A DNA stretch of 64,000 nucleotides from an uncultured Candidatus Saccharibacteria bacterium. GTDB taxonomy: Bacteria > Patescibacteriota > WWE3 > 2-01-FULL-39-13. Below the pieces are notes generated by a model. It was not told where the DNA came from, did no database searches, and saw only the letters and a program-made list of their open reading frames with translations. Shown here in pieces: positions 10,527 through 20,529 of the stretch (the first letter of the stretch is position 1; each line of letters starts with the position of its first letter). Where the stretch lies: NCBI GenBank assembly GCA_964510925.1, contig CAZEDS010000001.1:27704-91703 (forward strand), in the 5' to 3' direction. A program made the translations under genes and the position numbers.

Positions 10527-11081
10527 ATGGAAAACCAACCCTCATCATATTGCGATTATGTTGCAACGCTCGACATAACAAACGTCCACCGAATCTATCA
10601 CGACACAGAATATGGGTTCCCAATTAATGACGACAATGAATTATTTGAACGTTTAATTTTAGAAATCAATCAAGCCGGATTAAGCTGGACAACCATCCTA
10701 AATAAAAGAGAAGGTTTCAAAAAAGCTTACGATAAATTCGATATAAAAAAAGTTGCCTCATACACCGAAAAAGATCGAGAAAGATTAATGAACACATCAG
10801 AAATCATACGTAATCGATTAAAAATAAATGCAGCAATACATAACGCGCAAGTTATTTTAGAACTCCAAAAAGAATCAGGCTCATTTAAAAACTGGCTAGA
10901 CAATCACAAAAAAAATACAAAAGAAGAATGGGTCAAACTATTCAAAAAAACTTTCAAGTTTACCGGCGGTGAAATCGTCAACGAATTTTTAACAAGCACC
11001 GCATATTTGCCAGGAGCACATATAAAAGATTGTCCGATTTATAAAAATTCAAACCCTCAACATCCCCCTAAATCCACGTGA
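10527..11081 (+). CDS. tag: DNA-3-methyladenine glycosylase I
   Basis: YHDTEYG, LFERL.LE.NQAGLSW.TILNKR, IIRNRLKI, H...C. Confidence 0.93.
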   Translation: MENQPSSYCDYVATLDITNVHRIYHDTEYGFPINDDNELFERLILEINQAGLSWTTILNKREGFKKAYDKFDIKKVASYTEKDRERLMNTSEIIRNRLKINAAIHNAQVILELQKESGSFKNWLDNHKKNTKEEWVKLFKKTFKFTGGEIVNEFLTSTAYLPGAHIKDCPIYKNSNPQHPPKST

Positions 11082-11591
11082 GGCATAATATGATTCTGCA
11101 CCGTTATGATAAGTAAAAACATGATCGTATCTTCGATCACAAAAAATCGCTCCACCTAAAGTTCTAATCTCATCAGGCGTTTTTATCCAGCTCGAAGTTT
11201 TCAAATCAACGGCCTCAATTTCTTGCAACATTTTATATTGATCCTCATCTAAAAGATCAATACCCATACTTTCACACAGATCAACCACATTATTTTTGGG
11301 CTTAAATTCTTTTCTTGAATCGAGAGCTTTTCGATCATAACAAAGACTTCGACGACCTTTTGGACTTTCAGATGAACAATCATAAAAAATATGCGCACCA
11401 GTTTTTTTATCAAAATCCACGACATCAGGTTCACCACCAGTAGATTCCATAGCATTAAGAGATTTTATTTTTTCAGCATTCAAATTTAATTTTGATTCGA
11501 CATCAGACCATTTAATATTTTTATGACGATGCATATTTTTTTCAAATCTCGTTTTCAAAATATTTAATAGATCTTGGTTTTTAGATTCCAT
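11049..11591 (-). CDS. DUF4256 family protein
   Basis: MESTGGEPDV, ESPKGRRSLCYD, DLKTSSW, YHNGAESYY..RGFRG. Confidence 0.88.
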   Translation of the reverse strand: MESKNQDLLNILKTRFEKNMHRHKNIKWSDVESKLNLNAEKIKSLNAMESTGGEPDVVDFDKKTGAHIFYDCSSESPKGRRSLCYDRKALDSRKEFKPKNNVVDLCESMGIDLLDEDQYKMLQEIEAVDLKTSSWIKTPDEIRTLGGAIFCDRRYDHVFTYHNGAESYYASRGFRGMLRV

Positions 11592-11597
11592 AAGATA

Positions 11598-11903
11598 TCA
11601 AACAATTCCAAAATAAAGCAAAGTTAAAACAACGATCGTAATAGCGCCAAAAATACCAACGGTTTTTACAAAAAAATTAACAGCATCTTTCTTCTTTCCT
11701 TCAATAAGCAAAAGAACAGGCTGATAAAAAAAGATATATGCCATAACCGCAACAGATAAAGTTAAAATCGAAAGAAAAACAATCGGCGCAAAAAAAGTAT
11801 CTGGTTTATCCTGCAACGGCTCGGTTACAAATTTCATAATCGTAACGCCCAAAAGAATATATAAAAAAGCGGCAACAGCATTTATAAAAGGATTCTTAGT
11901 CAT
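11598..11903 (-). CDS. Small three-TM membrane protein
   Basis: Three hydrophobic helices; TATAAT 6 nt before ATG. Confidence 0.75.
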   Translation of the reverse strand: MTKNPFINAVAAFLYILLGVTIMKFVTEPLQDKPDTFFAPIVFLSILTLSVAVMAYIFFYQPVLLLIEGKKKDAVNFFVKTVGIFGAITIVVLTLLYFGIV

Positions 11904-11954
11904 AATGTCATTATACATGTATAGAAAATGTGATTGATTAGCGTAGCGAAAAAG

Positions 11955-12285
11955 AATAATGGGGAGGGAGACGAGGCTATGATTTATTTGTGATTTCTAT
12001 AAAAAAGATACATATGTATCTAATAGGAATCACCCCCGCTCCCTCCCCAATTCACAAGAGATTATTTTTCTTCCCCTCTCGTGCTGGGAAGCTTGAACTT
12101 GCAGATAAACCTGCAAGCTCAATGGTGGCTCGGTATTAACCCCGAGCCTTTGCACATGCAACTGTATTGGATTTCCTTGCGGAGAATCCATGGCTTCGAC
12201 TTATAAAAATCGAAGTCATCGATTGAAGTATTAACCCTCCAATCCAAGCTGAATGATTTTGGGCATGCACCAAAAACATTACTGG
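11955..12285 (-). ncRNA. Unclassified ~330-nt highly structured RNA
   Basis: Eight consecutive hairpins, no ORF, higher GC than flanks, G.U pairs and a GCAA tetraloop mostly favouring the minus strand, own promoter, U-rich end. Confidence 0.7.
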
Positions 12286-12291
12286 TTCAAA

Positions 12292-12319
12292 ATTTTATAT
12301 TTAAAATAGGAAAAGTCAA
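12292..12319 (-). promoter_or_regulatory. Sigma70 promoter of the putative ncRNA
   Basis: TTGACT(12319-12314)-16 bp-TAAAAT(12297-12292). Confidence 0.6.
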
Positions 12320-12373
12320 GAAAATGTACTGATTTTAAGGCGGTTATTATAGAAGTCCTGATATAATCCCTTT

Positions 12374-13009
12374 ATGGCAGCTCCAATAACACATATTGTT
12401 TTCTCTGAAAAACTCTTTAATAAATTTAAGTTAACACACGACAAAAAAATTTTTATGGTAGGAACTAGTTTTCCTGACATAAGATATTTAGGTGTGATTA
12501 ACCGAGAAACTACACATCTAAAAGTTTCAAGTTTAGAAGAAATATTAAAAGATTCAAATGCGTTTACCGCTGGGCTTAAATTTCATAATTGGCTAGATCT
12601 AATAAGAGAAGACTATATAAAAACCAACAATATATACGATATGGTTGAAAGCAATTCAAAATATGTAACGCAAGCCCTCAAACTTTTAGAAGATCAAATT
12701 TTTTATAGAAAAATTAGCGATTGGAATGAAATTCAAAACTACTTTAACGAAACTCAACCAGAAGAACTATCATTTGGGATTAATGAAACTGATATTAAAA
12801 AATGGCATCAAGCATTACAAAATTATTACGCAACAGAACCAAACCTAAAAAGTTTAAGCAAATTCGCAAATACTATTAACCTACCAATAAATGCAGATAA
12901 AGAAATTTATGCACTTTTAGAACGATGGAAATCGGATCAAAAACTAATGACCTTAGTTGAATCGATGTATGATAACTTAACACTTGATGGTGCAAGTAAC
13001 ACAAACTGA
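12374..13009 (+). CDS. Hypothetical protein, Zn-dependent phospholipase C/S1-P1-like
   Basis: N-terminal MAAPITH, G..FPDIRY, G..FH..LD pattern. Confidence 0.55.
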   Translation: MAAPITHIVFSEKLFNKFKLTHDKKIFMVGTSFPDIRYLGVINRETTHLKVSSLEEILKDSNAFTAGLKFHNWLDLIREDYIKTNNIYDMVESNSKYVTQALKLLEDQIFYRKISDWNEIQNYFNETQPEELSFGINETDIKKWHQALQNYYATEPNLKSLSKFANTINLPINADKEIYALLERWKSDQKLMTLVESMYDNLTLDGASNTN

Positions 13010-13051
13010 GTTATATTTTTTATATTACTTATTTAATAAAAATTCAAAAAC

Positions 13052-13687
13052 ATGAACAAAAAACCACTTCTACATAAATTGCTGACCACAAAAGTATTTG
13101 CGTCATTTTCAGCCGGAATAATTACTTTAGTATTAGCAATCACAATAGTTAAAGCCCAAAACGTAAACAGTATTAATGTTTGTGCAGCAAATGGATCAGG
13201 ACTCTTACGCCTTGTTAGTAGTATTGCAGACTGTAAACAAACAGAAACCCCTTTAAGCTGGCAAACCCAAACAAACAACAGCTCAGCAAGTGGTTTAAAA
13301 GTTTATGACTCACAAAATCAAGAAGTCGGACTAGTTTTAGATCCTTCAAGAGTCGCCAGGCAAATAGGTTCTAGATGGGTTTTCTTTGAAATTTGGGAAA
13401 ATAAGATTCCACAAACTAGTGCCTGGATGGAATACGCATCAACTGATTGCACTGGAACTCCATATATGGAATATAGCTCAATACTTGGATACGCAAAAGT
13501 TATAGGAAATCAAATTTATTACATGGATAGCAATACGCAACAAAGACATATGCTCTCGGCACAAAATTTAAACACCGATGGAACATATGGAGCATGCGAA
13601 CAATGGGATCACGAAAGAATAAATGCAACAGTTTTAACTAATACGCTTCCAAACTTTATCGCACCATTCCACGTAAGCCTACAATGA
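13052..13687 (+). CDS. Secreted hypothetical protein
   Basis: Signal-peptide-like N-terminus, paired Cys residues. Confidence 0.7.
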   Translation: MNKKPLLHKLLTTKVFASFSAGIITLVLAITIVKAQNVNSINVCAANGSGLLRLVSSIADCKQTETPLSWQTQTNNSSASGLKVYDSQNQEVGLVLDPSRVARQIGSRWVFFEIWENKIPQTSAWMEYASTDCTGTPYMEYSSILGYAKVIGNQIYYMDSNTQQRHMLSAQNLNTDGTYGACEQWDHERINATVLTNTLPNFIAPFHVSLQ

Positions 13688-13934
13688 AAACACTGTGATT
13701 AAAAGTCATTCGAAGCATAATATTTAGGGTGATTATTTAAATGGCTCCGCTAGTGAAAAAAATTGGAATTGTTATATCAGAAGAATCTTATTAAAAAATA
13801 CAATCAAAATGACCATTAAAAACAGAAACCCTATTAGGAAAATCTTACCAACAGGAGAAGCTTCTCTTATTTTTTGTAAATAACGTAAATTTGAGTCGAG
13901 CCACATGGTTATATCGTACCAGATTCAAAAAAAG

Positions 13935-14009
13935 TGGCTCCGCGACTTGGATTCGAACCAAGAACCTTGAAGTTAACAGCTTCCTGCTCCACCGTTGAGC
14001 TATCGCGGA
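13935..14009 (-). tRNA. tRNA-Asn(GTT)
   Basis: TCCGCGATAGCTCAACGG...GCTGTTAACT...GGTTCGAATCC...GCGGAGCCA. Confidence 0.95.
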
Positions 14010-14083
14010 ATAAGAGGTAAATATTGTTCTAACTTGTGGTATTTTAACAGATTTAGAAGAAATTTTTAATACCGCACAAAATA

Positions 14084-14383
14084 CTAAAACCCCATCGCAA
14101 ATTCTAGGTATCGGATATAAAGCCCAATCAAAAGGATCGGCAAGATCGTCAAAACGGTAACAACAACCTTTGTCTTTAATTTCCAATCGTCATTCCAAAG
14201 CCACATTGTTATTAACCCAATTGGCCCAAGAACCGTAAGTAAAACGATTGTTATGAATGACCGACTCTTCGCTGACAGCCCTAATACCATTGATTCTGCA
14301 GGTGAATTGCTCTCATTTTGAATAGCTATAAAATCTTGAATTGGATTAGGTGTAGTTGGCGGATTTGTATTATTTATTTCCAT
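14084..14383 (-). CDS. Small two-TM membrane protein
   Basis: MEINN start; P-rich N-terminus; TIVLL..GPIGLITMW...W hairpin. Confidence 0.65.
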   Translation of the reverse strand: MEINNTNPPTTPNPIQDFIAIQNESNSPAESMVLGLSAKSRSFITIVLLTVLGPIGLITMWLWNDDWKLKTKVVVTVLTILPILLIGLYIRYLEFAMGF

Positions 14384-14474
14384 GTTATATCTATAAGCTA
14401 TCACAAATACAATATGAACCCAACCAAGGGCGAATATTGTAGGCACAACCTGTTGAAATGCTATTATGTATTAA

Positions 14475-15014
14475 ATGAAACTTAGCCCAAGATCAACGCT
14501 TTTACAAAAAGCATCAGCAATAAGAAATACTGTTTTATCCGCAAACGATGGGGTTATAACCACATTTGCTGTTGTCGCGGGTGCAAATGGAGCCAATTTA
14601 AGCTCCAAAACAGTAATTCTGTTAGGACTTGCGAATCTTTTGGCAGACGGAATATCAATGTCTTCTGGGAACTATTTAGGCATGGAAAGTGAGAACGAAA
14701 TACTTGGGAAAAAACCGGCAACAAGCGAAAACTCATCACCAGTTAAAAGTGCACTCATAACATTTTCATCATTTGTAATCGCAGGTGCAATCCCATTATT
14801 TCCTTATATATTTATTGAACACCAAGAAATTAGGTTCTACTCATCCATAATTCTAGTAATAGCAACGCTAATTGGTTTAGGATTTATCCGTGGAAATTTC
14901 TCAAAAAAGCATCCAATTACAACTATTTTTGAAACGGTACTCATCGGGGGAGTTTCCGCAATTATTGCCTATATGATCGGCTATTGGGGAAACATTTTTA
15001 TGAACGGCTACTAG
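14475..15014 (+). CDS. VIT1/CCC1 family Fe/Mn transporter
   Basis: NDGVITTFAVVAG, GLANLLADG.SM..GNYL, SF...G.IPL.PY. Confidence 0.92.
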   Translation: MKLSPRSTLLQKASAIRNTVLSANDGVITTFAVVAGANGANLSSKTVILLGLANLLADGISMSSGNYLGMESENEILGKKPATSENSSPVKSALITFSSFVIAGAIPLFPYIFIEHQEIRFYSSIILVIATLIGLGFIRGNFSKKHPITTIFETVLIGGVSAIIAYMIGYWGNIFMNGY

Positions 15015-15017
15015 AAA

Positions 15018-15154
15018 GGTTAATGAAAACTTATCTAAAATTTTTCTGAAGGTAGCAAGAGATTCCGAAGAGTAGCTCTTGCGTATCAATCATTCCGCTA
15101 GTGCGGAATAGATTGATGACCAAAACAAATTTTTGATAAGTTTTCAATTAAACC
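15018..15154. repeat. Structured intergenic element family 1, copy A
   Basis: Outer IR tgaaaacttatc/gataagttttca; core gcaagag-attccgaagagtag-ctcttgc-gta shared with 31879 and 56430. Confidence 0.85.
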
Positions 15155-15156
15155 GT

Positions 15157-16425
15157 TTACCCTAAATAATCCTTTAATTTTCGGCTTCTTGAAGGATGCT
15201 TTAGTTTTCTTAAAGCTTTAGCTTCGATTTGTCTGATACGTTCTCTAGTAACTCCAAAAACTTTACCGACTTCTTCAAGTGTTCTTGGCTTGTTATCTTT
15301 GAGCCCAAATCTAAGTTCTAAAACTTTTTTCTCACGATCACTTAAGCTTTCTAAAACTTCTTCAACATGGGTTTTTAAAAGTTCATATGAAGCAAAATCT
15401 TCAGGACTAAAAGAGGTTTCATCTTTAATAAATTCATAAAGCTCTGTATCTCCGTCTGGTCCAATACGAGCTTGCAAACTACTTGGCTCTTGAGAAATCT
15501 TAATGATTTCTTCAACCTTTAATGGGTCAAGTTCCATAACTTTACCGATTTCTTTTGCAGTAGGTTCACGTTCATATTTTTGGCTCAACTCGCGTTGTAC
15601 TTTTTTGAGCTTATTAATAGTTTCAATCATGTGCACAGGAATACGAATAGTTCTAGCTTGATCAGCGATAGCTCTTGTAATTGCTTGTCTAATCCACCAT
15701 GTTGCATAGGTTGAAAACTTGAAACCTCTTCTCCAATCAAATTTATCAACAGCACGCATCAAACCCATATTTCCTTCTTGGATCAAATCTGGAAATGTTA
15801 AACCACGATTCATATGTCTTTTTGCGATTGAAACAACCAAACGTAAGTTTGCATTGATCAAACGATCTCGTGATTTTTTAACTTTGAATTTCATTCCATT
15901 TTCCATGAAGAATTCAAGTTGCTTTCTGTATTCTTTAATACGTTCTGGATCCGGACCTGATTCACCATCATACAAAAAGTCAGCTATTTGTTTTGGTGTT
16001 GGATCTTTTTTGATCTGCTTTTTTAATTCTGCGGTTGCTTCTTGGTATCTCAAAGCTTCAGTCATTTTTGCCAATTCGACTTCTTCTGAAGCAATCAAAA
16101 GATTTTCACGACCAATTTCACGCAAATACATTCTTACAGGATCTCCTGTAACTGCACGATCTAAAGTGGCTTCTAAAGTTGTAGCTTTAAGTTCAGCTTC
16201 AAGAATTAAAAGTTCTTTATCAGCAACTAGCTCTTCTTCGGCAATTTCTTGAACAACATCAATTTTGTTCTCCAAAAGCAATGCATAAACTTTATCTAAA
16301 GTATCGATATCATCTTCGATATTTGGAAAAATCTTTAAAATATCATCATACGAAACAACACCTCTACTAACACCTTTGCTTATAAGGTTTTTGATCTGTG
16401 GATTATCTTTTATAAGATTTGACAT
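15157..16425 (-). CDS. rpoD: Primary RNA polymerase sigma factor
   Basis: [52 protein letters not shown]. Confidence 0.98.
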   Translation of the reverse strand: MSNLIKDNPQIKNLISKGVSRGVVSYDDILKIFPNIEDDIDTLDKVYALLLENKIDVVQEIAEEELVADKELLILEAELKATTLEATLDRAVTGDPVRMYLREIGRENLLIASEEVELAKMTEALRYQEATAELKKQIKKDPTPKQIADFLYDGESGPDPERIKEYRKQLEFFMENGMKFKVKKSRDRLINANLRLVVSIAKRHMNRGLTFPDLIQEGNMGLMRAVDKFDWRRGFKFSTYATWWIRQAITRAIADQARTIRIPVHMIETINKLKKVQRELSQKYEREPTAKEIGKVMELDPLKVEEIIKISQEPSSLQARIGPDGDTELYEFIKDETSFSPEDFASYELLKTHVEEVLESLSDREKKVLELRFGLKDNKPRTLEEVGKVFGVTRERIRQIEAKALRKLKHPSRSRKLKDYLG

Positions 16426-16495
16426 GTTTTTTTGGCAAGAAAATGTTAAACAACTTAAGGAAATTTTTCTGACTTTAACTTTTATCTTTCAAAAA

Positions 16496-18310
16496 TCACT
16501 CAATTTGAAGCTTTTTTAGCTCTTCGACATAAGAATTAGTCTCATGTTGAAGCTTCGTTAACTCTTCAGAGTTCGAAACAGCTTCTGTTTTTCTGATTTT
16601 TTGAGAGATTTCTTTTATTTTAAACTGCAAAAACTGCATTTTTAAACGTTTAAGAGTTTTATAAAACTCTACCTCAATGAGGTCGTTTTGGTTAAAATCA
16701 AGCGGATTTTCATGTAAGAGAACCGCTTCGAGTGCCAGCGGCACTTTTTGTGAACTATCCTGTAGTTTATCATAAAATGCTTTAATGTTAAAGCCACCCA
16801 AAGCCTTCGATTCCTCAATGTTTTCAACAAAAAGCAAGAAAAGCTCTTTAAAAATTGGGTTCAAAAAATACTCTACTTTAATATCTTTCAAAAACTTTGT
16901 TATAAGTAATGGCTTAGAATTAAATAAAATATTCAAGACATAAGATTCTTGATTAATTAAAGTTCGTTTATCGACCGATTGCTGTGGCACTGAACTAGGC
17001 TGAACAGACTCAACTGATAACATTTGAACTTGCGGATTTTTGTTTAATTGCGACAACACATTCTGCTCAGGAACATCAAACAAAGTTGCAAACTTCTTTA
17101 CATATTGGCTTTTCATAATTTCATCATTTATTTTTGCAATAACACCAAGCAAAAAGTCTGAGGCTTGTTTTCTAGCAAAGACATCATCAAAGTTGTAATT
17201 ATTCGAAACATAATAAAAGCAAAAATCCCAAATTGGCAAAGCCTTGTCTAAGCAAGACTGAAATACTCGAGGATTTTTTTGCATTAACTCATCAGGATCT
17301 TTTACCTCTTTTGGAAGCACTGCGATTTTTGCATTTATTCCAGATAATTGAATCAGATCAATTGCACGCAATGCTGCATTAACACCAGCTTGATCACCAT
17401 CAAAAACTAAAACAATATTTTTGGTAAATCTTTTTATTAAATTTAAATGTGCAGTCGTTAACGCTGTTCCACAAGTTGCAACAATATTTTTATAGCCATT
17501 TTGATAAGGCGAAATCATATCAAAGTAACCTTCAACTATAATTGCAAAATCATTTTCTTGAATATATTTTTTTGCCTGATACAAACCGTATAAATTTTTT
17601 TCTTTATGATAAACGTCTGATTCTTTTGTATTTAGATATTTTGGAACTTGGTCAGGTTTTAATGCCCTAGCACCAATTGCTATAAATTTTCCAGTAATAT
17701 CTTGCATTGGAATCGTTACTCGTCCTCTAAAAAAATCAAAATATTTTTTTCCATCTTTGCTCAGCTTAATCACACCGGCATCAACTAAATCTTTATTATC
17801 AAATCCTCTTTGTGTTAAAAATTTTGATAGGTTATCCCAACCTTCTGGAGCATATCCAAGTTTAAATTCAGTAATTGTTTCTGGTTTGATTCCACGTTTT
17901 ACAAAATATTGTTGAATAGGTTTTGACGACGGATGCTTTAATAACATTTGATAATAAGCTTCTGCTGCTAATCGATTTATCTCATAAAGAGAATCTAAAT
18001 TTTTAGAGGCTCCAGAGCTTTTTATATTCAAAAGTTGCGGATCAATTCCGGCTTTTTCACCTAAAAATTTTATGGCTTCAGGAAAAGTAAGTCCTTCTTT
18101 TTCCATTGCAAAAGTAACAATATCGCCGCTTTTTGCACACCCAAAACATTTATATCTTTGTATGTCCGAAGAAACTATAAATGATGGCGACTTTTCTGAA
18201 TGGAACGGACAAAGTCCTTTATGATTTTTCCCAACATGCTTAAGCTCAACATAAGTTGAGATGTAATCCACAATATTTAGCTTTTCTTTTATAAGCGTGA
18301 CGGCATCCAT
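16496..18310 (-). CDS. dnaG: DNA primase
   Basis: CPFHSEKSPSF zinc finger, KYLN, EGYFD, DGD.AG toprim; start at MDAV. Confidence 0.97.
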   Translation of the reverse strand: MDAVTLIKEKLNIVDYISTYVELKHVGKNHKGLCPFHSEKSPSFIVSSDIQRYKCFGCAKSGDIVTFAMEKEGLTFPEAIKFLGEKAGIDPQLLNIKSSGASKNLDSLYEINRLAAEAYYQMLLKHPSSKPIQQYFVKRGIKPETITEFKLGYAPEGWDNLSKFLTQRGFDNKDLVDAGVIKLSKDGKKYFDFFRGRVTIPMQDITGKFIAIGARALKPDQVPKYLNTKESDVYHKEKNLYGLYQAKKYIQENDFAIIVEGYFDMISPYQNGYKNIVATCGTALTTAHLNLIKRFTKNIVLVFDGDQAGVNAALRAIDLIQLSGINAKIAVLPKEVKDPDELMQKNPRVFQSCLDKALPIWDFCFYYVSNNYNFDDVFARKQASDFLLGVIAKINDEIMKSQYVKKFATLFDVPEQNVLSQLNKNPQVQMLSVESVQPSSVPQQSVDKRTLINQESYVLNILFNSKPLLITKFLKDIKVEYFLNPIFKELFLLFVENIEESKALGGFNIKAFYDKLQDSSQKVPLALEAVLLHENPLDFNQNDLIEVEFYKTLKRLKMQFLQFKIKEISQKIRKTEAVSNSEELTKLQHETNSYVEELKKLQIE

Positions 18311-18389
18311 ATTTGTATAGTTTGTTACCTCCAATATATCAGGAATCACCAAATTTGCAGGAAACGATTTTGAAATCGATGGGTTTTTC

Positions 18390-19682
18390 TTATATAAAGA
18401 AAGAATAAAAGATAAATTTTTCAAAAATATTTCCGTCAAAATCTTCTATAATCTCAATGTCTCCAAGTTGCTTAATAAAAGCATCCTCATTGGGGATGCT
18501 ACATAAAACCCGATAAGTTAAAGCACCTGAACTCATCTTTAACAACTTACTTATAAAATTTGTTTTTGTTTTAAAATTATTTTGCCCCAAATAGATATCG
18601 GTAAGCTGAATTGCTAGTAAAAAAGAAGAAGTCTCAGAACTATCAATAAAATTACGAATCCTCCAAATCCTTTTTATTCTGGATAGGTCGATCTCTTCCT
18701 GTATAGGATCTGATATTATTTTAAACCTTCGTTGTTTTATAATGAGGAAATTATCTACAATCTTATATAAAGGAGAAATTAGCCCCAAAACAACCCTTGG
18801 CACAGAAGTGCCAACTAAAAAAATAATAGAACTAAGCAACAAAGATCGAGGTAAATAATAATCAACAATTTTTATAAAAATACTGTGAGGGGCCTGGGCA
18901 TAAATTATAAGACCAAGAACCATGATAACGATTGATGTGTATAAAACGGACTTCAAAAGACGAACAAAATCCTTTATTAACCCATATAGCAAAAGCCCTT
19001 TTAATGATGACTTAACTTCAACTCCAGCGGAAAAATTTGGCTGAGGAATCTCACCTGTTAAAAAACTCAAAATAAATTCAGGAGATTCCACTGAATCAAA
19101 AGATATCTTTTGTGCCTTTGATCCCCCCTGCGCAAAAGCAATCGTTTGTGTCTGCAAATCAAGATCGGTTGCTAAAGTAAATCCAAACTGTGGGTTTGTA
19201 TCAATATTTAAGCCAGGTTGAACTAGAGTTTGTTTAATAATAGGTTGAAAACCTAAATGAAAAAAAATTGTTTTGCAATTTGTTCCAAATAATCTCTCCA
19301 ACATGGTTTGCTTCATTACCGTACTCCTAATATTTTCATACGAGAATACGCCTTCATATGGCATAAAAGTACTATTCAAACCACCGAGTTCGGCAAGAAT
19401 AATAATTCTCTTTTGTGAAGTAATGTAATAGGTAGGATATCCTTTCCCAGAAAAAACCAATAAATATTCCCAGAATAAAAAGAAATCAAAAAAAAGAAAA
19501 AATGGAGCAAAAACTAATAAAACAAATGCTTGATTTATAAGTCCTATAATGATGGCAGTTGTTATTGGAATAAGAATAGCAGACGGTATTAGTATTTTTT
19601 TTAAAGCCCAAACAAAAAAATCAGGGCGACCTTGCCAAATAATTGTTTCATTTTGATTTAAATACTCGGTAATAGCTTTCAT
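18390..19682 (-). CDS. Membrane protein with PH-like (bPH) repeats, hypothetical
   Basis: L...E.IIWQGRP, TM pairs, Y.IT..RII pattern. Confidence 0.6.
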   Translation of the reverse strand: MKAITEYLNQNETIIWQGRPDFFVWALKKILIPSAILIPITTAIIIGLINQAFVLLVFAPFFLFFDFFLFWEYLLVFSGKGYPTYYITSQKRIIILAELGGLNSTFMPYEGVFSYENIRSTVMKQTMLERLFGTNCKTIFFHLGFQPIIKQTLVQPGLNIDTNPQFGFTLATDLDLQTQTIAFAQGGSKAQKISFDSVESPEFILSFLTGEIPQPNFSAGVEVKSSLKGLLLYGLIKDFVRLLKSVLYTSIVIMVLGLIIYAQAPHSIFIKIVDYYLPRSLLLSSIIFLVGTSVPRVVLGLISPLYKIVDNFLIIKQRRFKIISDPIQEEIDLSRIKRIWRIRNFIDSSETSSFLLAIQLTDIYLGQNNFKTKTNFISKLLKMSSGALTYRVLCSIPNEDAFIKQLGDIEIIEDFDGNIFEKFIFYSFFI

Positions 19683-19732
19683 ATAAATAGAATGCTACTA
19701 CACAAGATATAAAAGGAGAAACAAAAATTAAA

Positions 19733-19825
19733 TGGCGGAGAGGACAGGATTTGAACCTGCGCGGGGTATTTTAAGACCCCAACGGTTTAGCAAACCGTCG
19801 CTTTAGACCGCTCAGCCACCTCTCC
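19733..19825 (-). tRNA. tRNA-Ser(GCT)
   Basis: GGAGAGGTGGCTGAGCGG...TTGCTAA..., long variable arm, CCA encoded. Confidence 0.95.
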
Positions 19826-19928
19826 AAGGGGCGTTACAATTGCGTTACATGGAATTTTATCATAACTAAGGTTTCAATAACGAGCTTTCATTGAAGGTGA
19901 CAATGCGAATTGGTACTATGGATATATT

Positions 19929-20495
19929 ATGGCTAGATTTTATTTTATAAGACACGGAGATGCCTATGATGAAAATGGACTCCAATTAGATGATTACCAT
20001 CTGAACAATCATGGACGAGTACAAGCATTACAACTCGCTAAAAGGCTAAAAGATAATAAATTTGATGCAATGTATTGCAGTAGAATCCAACGAGCGATCG
20101 ATACCTGCGAAATCGTAAATGATATTCATAAAATGAGCGTTGTTTATACCTCAAGCTTAAACGAAGTTGGCGGAGAAAACTGGCCAATGCCCGGTGTTCA
20201 AGCAGGCGTTGCAGAATTAGACAACTACAATAAAGCAGTAGAAAAAGTTGCAAAGTTTTTTAACAAACTGATTTATTCACATAAACAAAAAGAGGTAATT
20301 GTATTTACCCATGGAAATTGGATTAGAACTTTATTGAGCAAAATCCTCACAAGTGGCGATCCAAATACATTCTTTCATTTTGTTATTCATAACACGTCAT
20401 TAACAATAATAGATGTTGATGATAATACTGATTTTGAAAGCATAATATCAGTTTCTGATGCAGCACATACTAGGTTATATGATTCACATATTTAG
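19929..20495 (+). CDS. Histidine phosphatase family protein
   Basis: FIRHG, S...RA..T, LNE, THG motifs. Confidence 0.9.
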   Translation: MARFYFIRHGDAYDENGLQLDDYHLNNHGRVQALQLAKRLKDNKFDAMYCSRIQRAIDTCEIVNDIHKMSVVYTSSLNEVGGENWPMPGVQAGVAELDNYNKAVEKVAKFFNKLIYSHKQKEVIVFTHGNWIRTLLSKILTSGDPNTFFHFVIHNTSLTIIDVDDNTDFESIISVSDAAHTRLYDSHI

Positions 20496-20529
20496 ACAAA
20501 TTAGTATCAGGTGTTAAAATTAATTTAAT

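Noticed and set aside
11955-12285. Assignment as RNase P RNA, tmRNA, SRP, 6S or retron msr-msd
   Set aside because: No GAGGAAAGUCC/P4 pairing, no tRNA-like T arm or tag frame, no SRP helix-8 internal loop, not a single long rod, and no reverse transcriptase in the window
13845-14186. ORFs overlapping tRNA genes (also 21255-21470, 27350-27595, 45641-45823)
   Set aside because: They overlap well-formed tRNAs and show no protein motif
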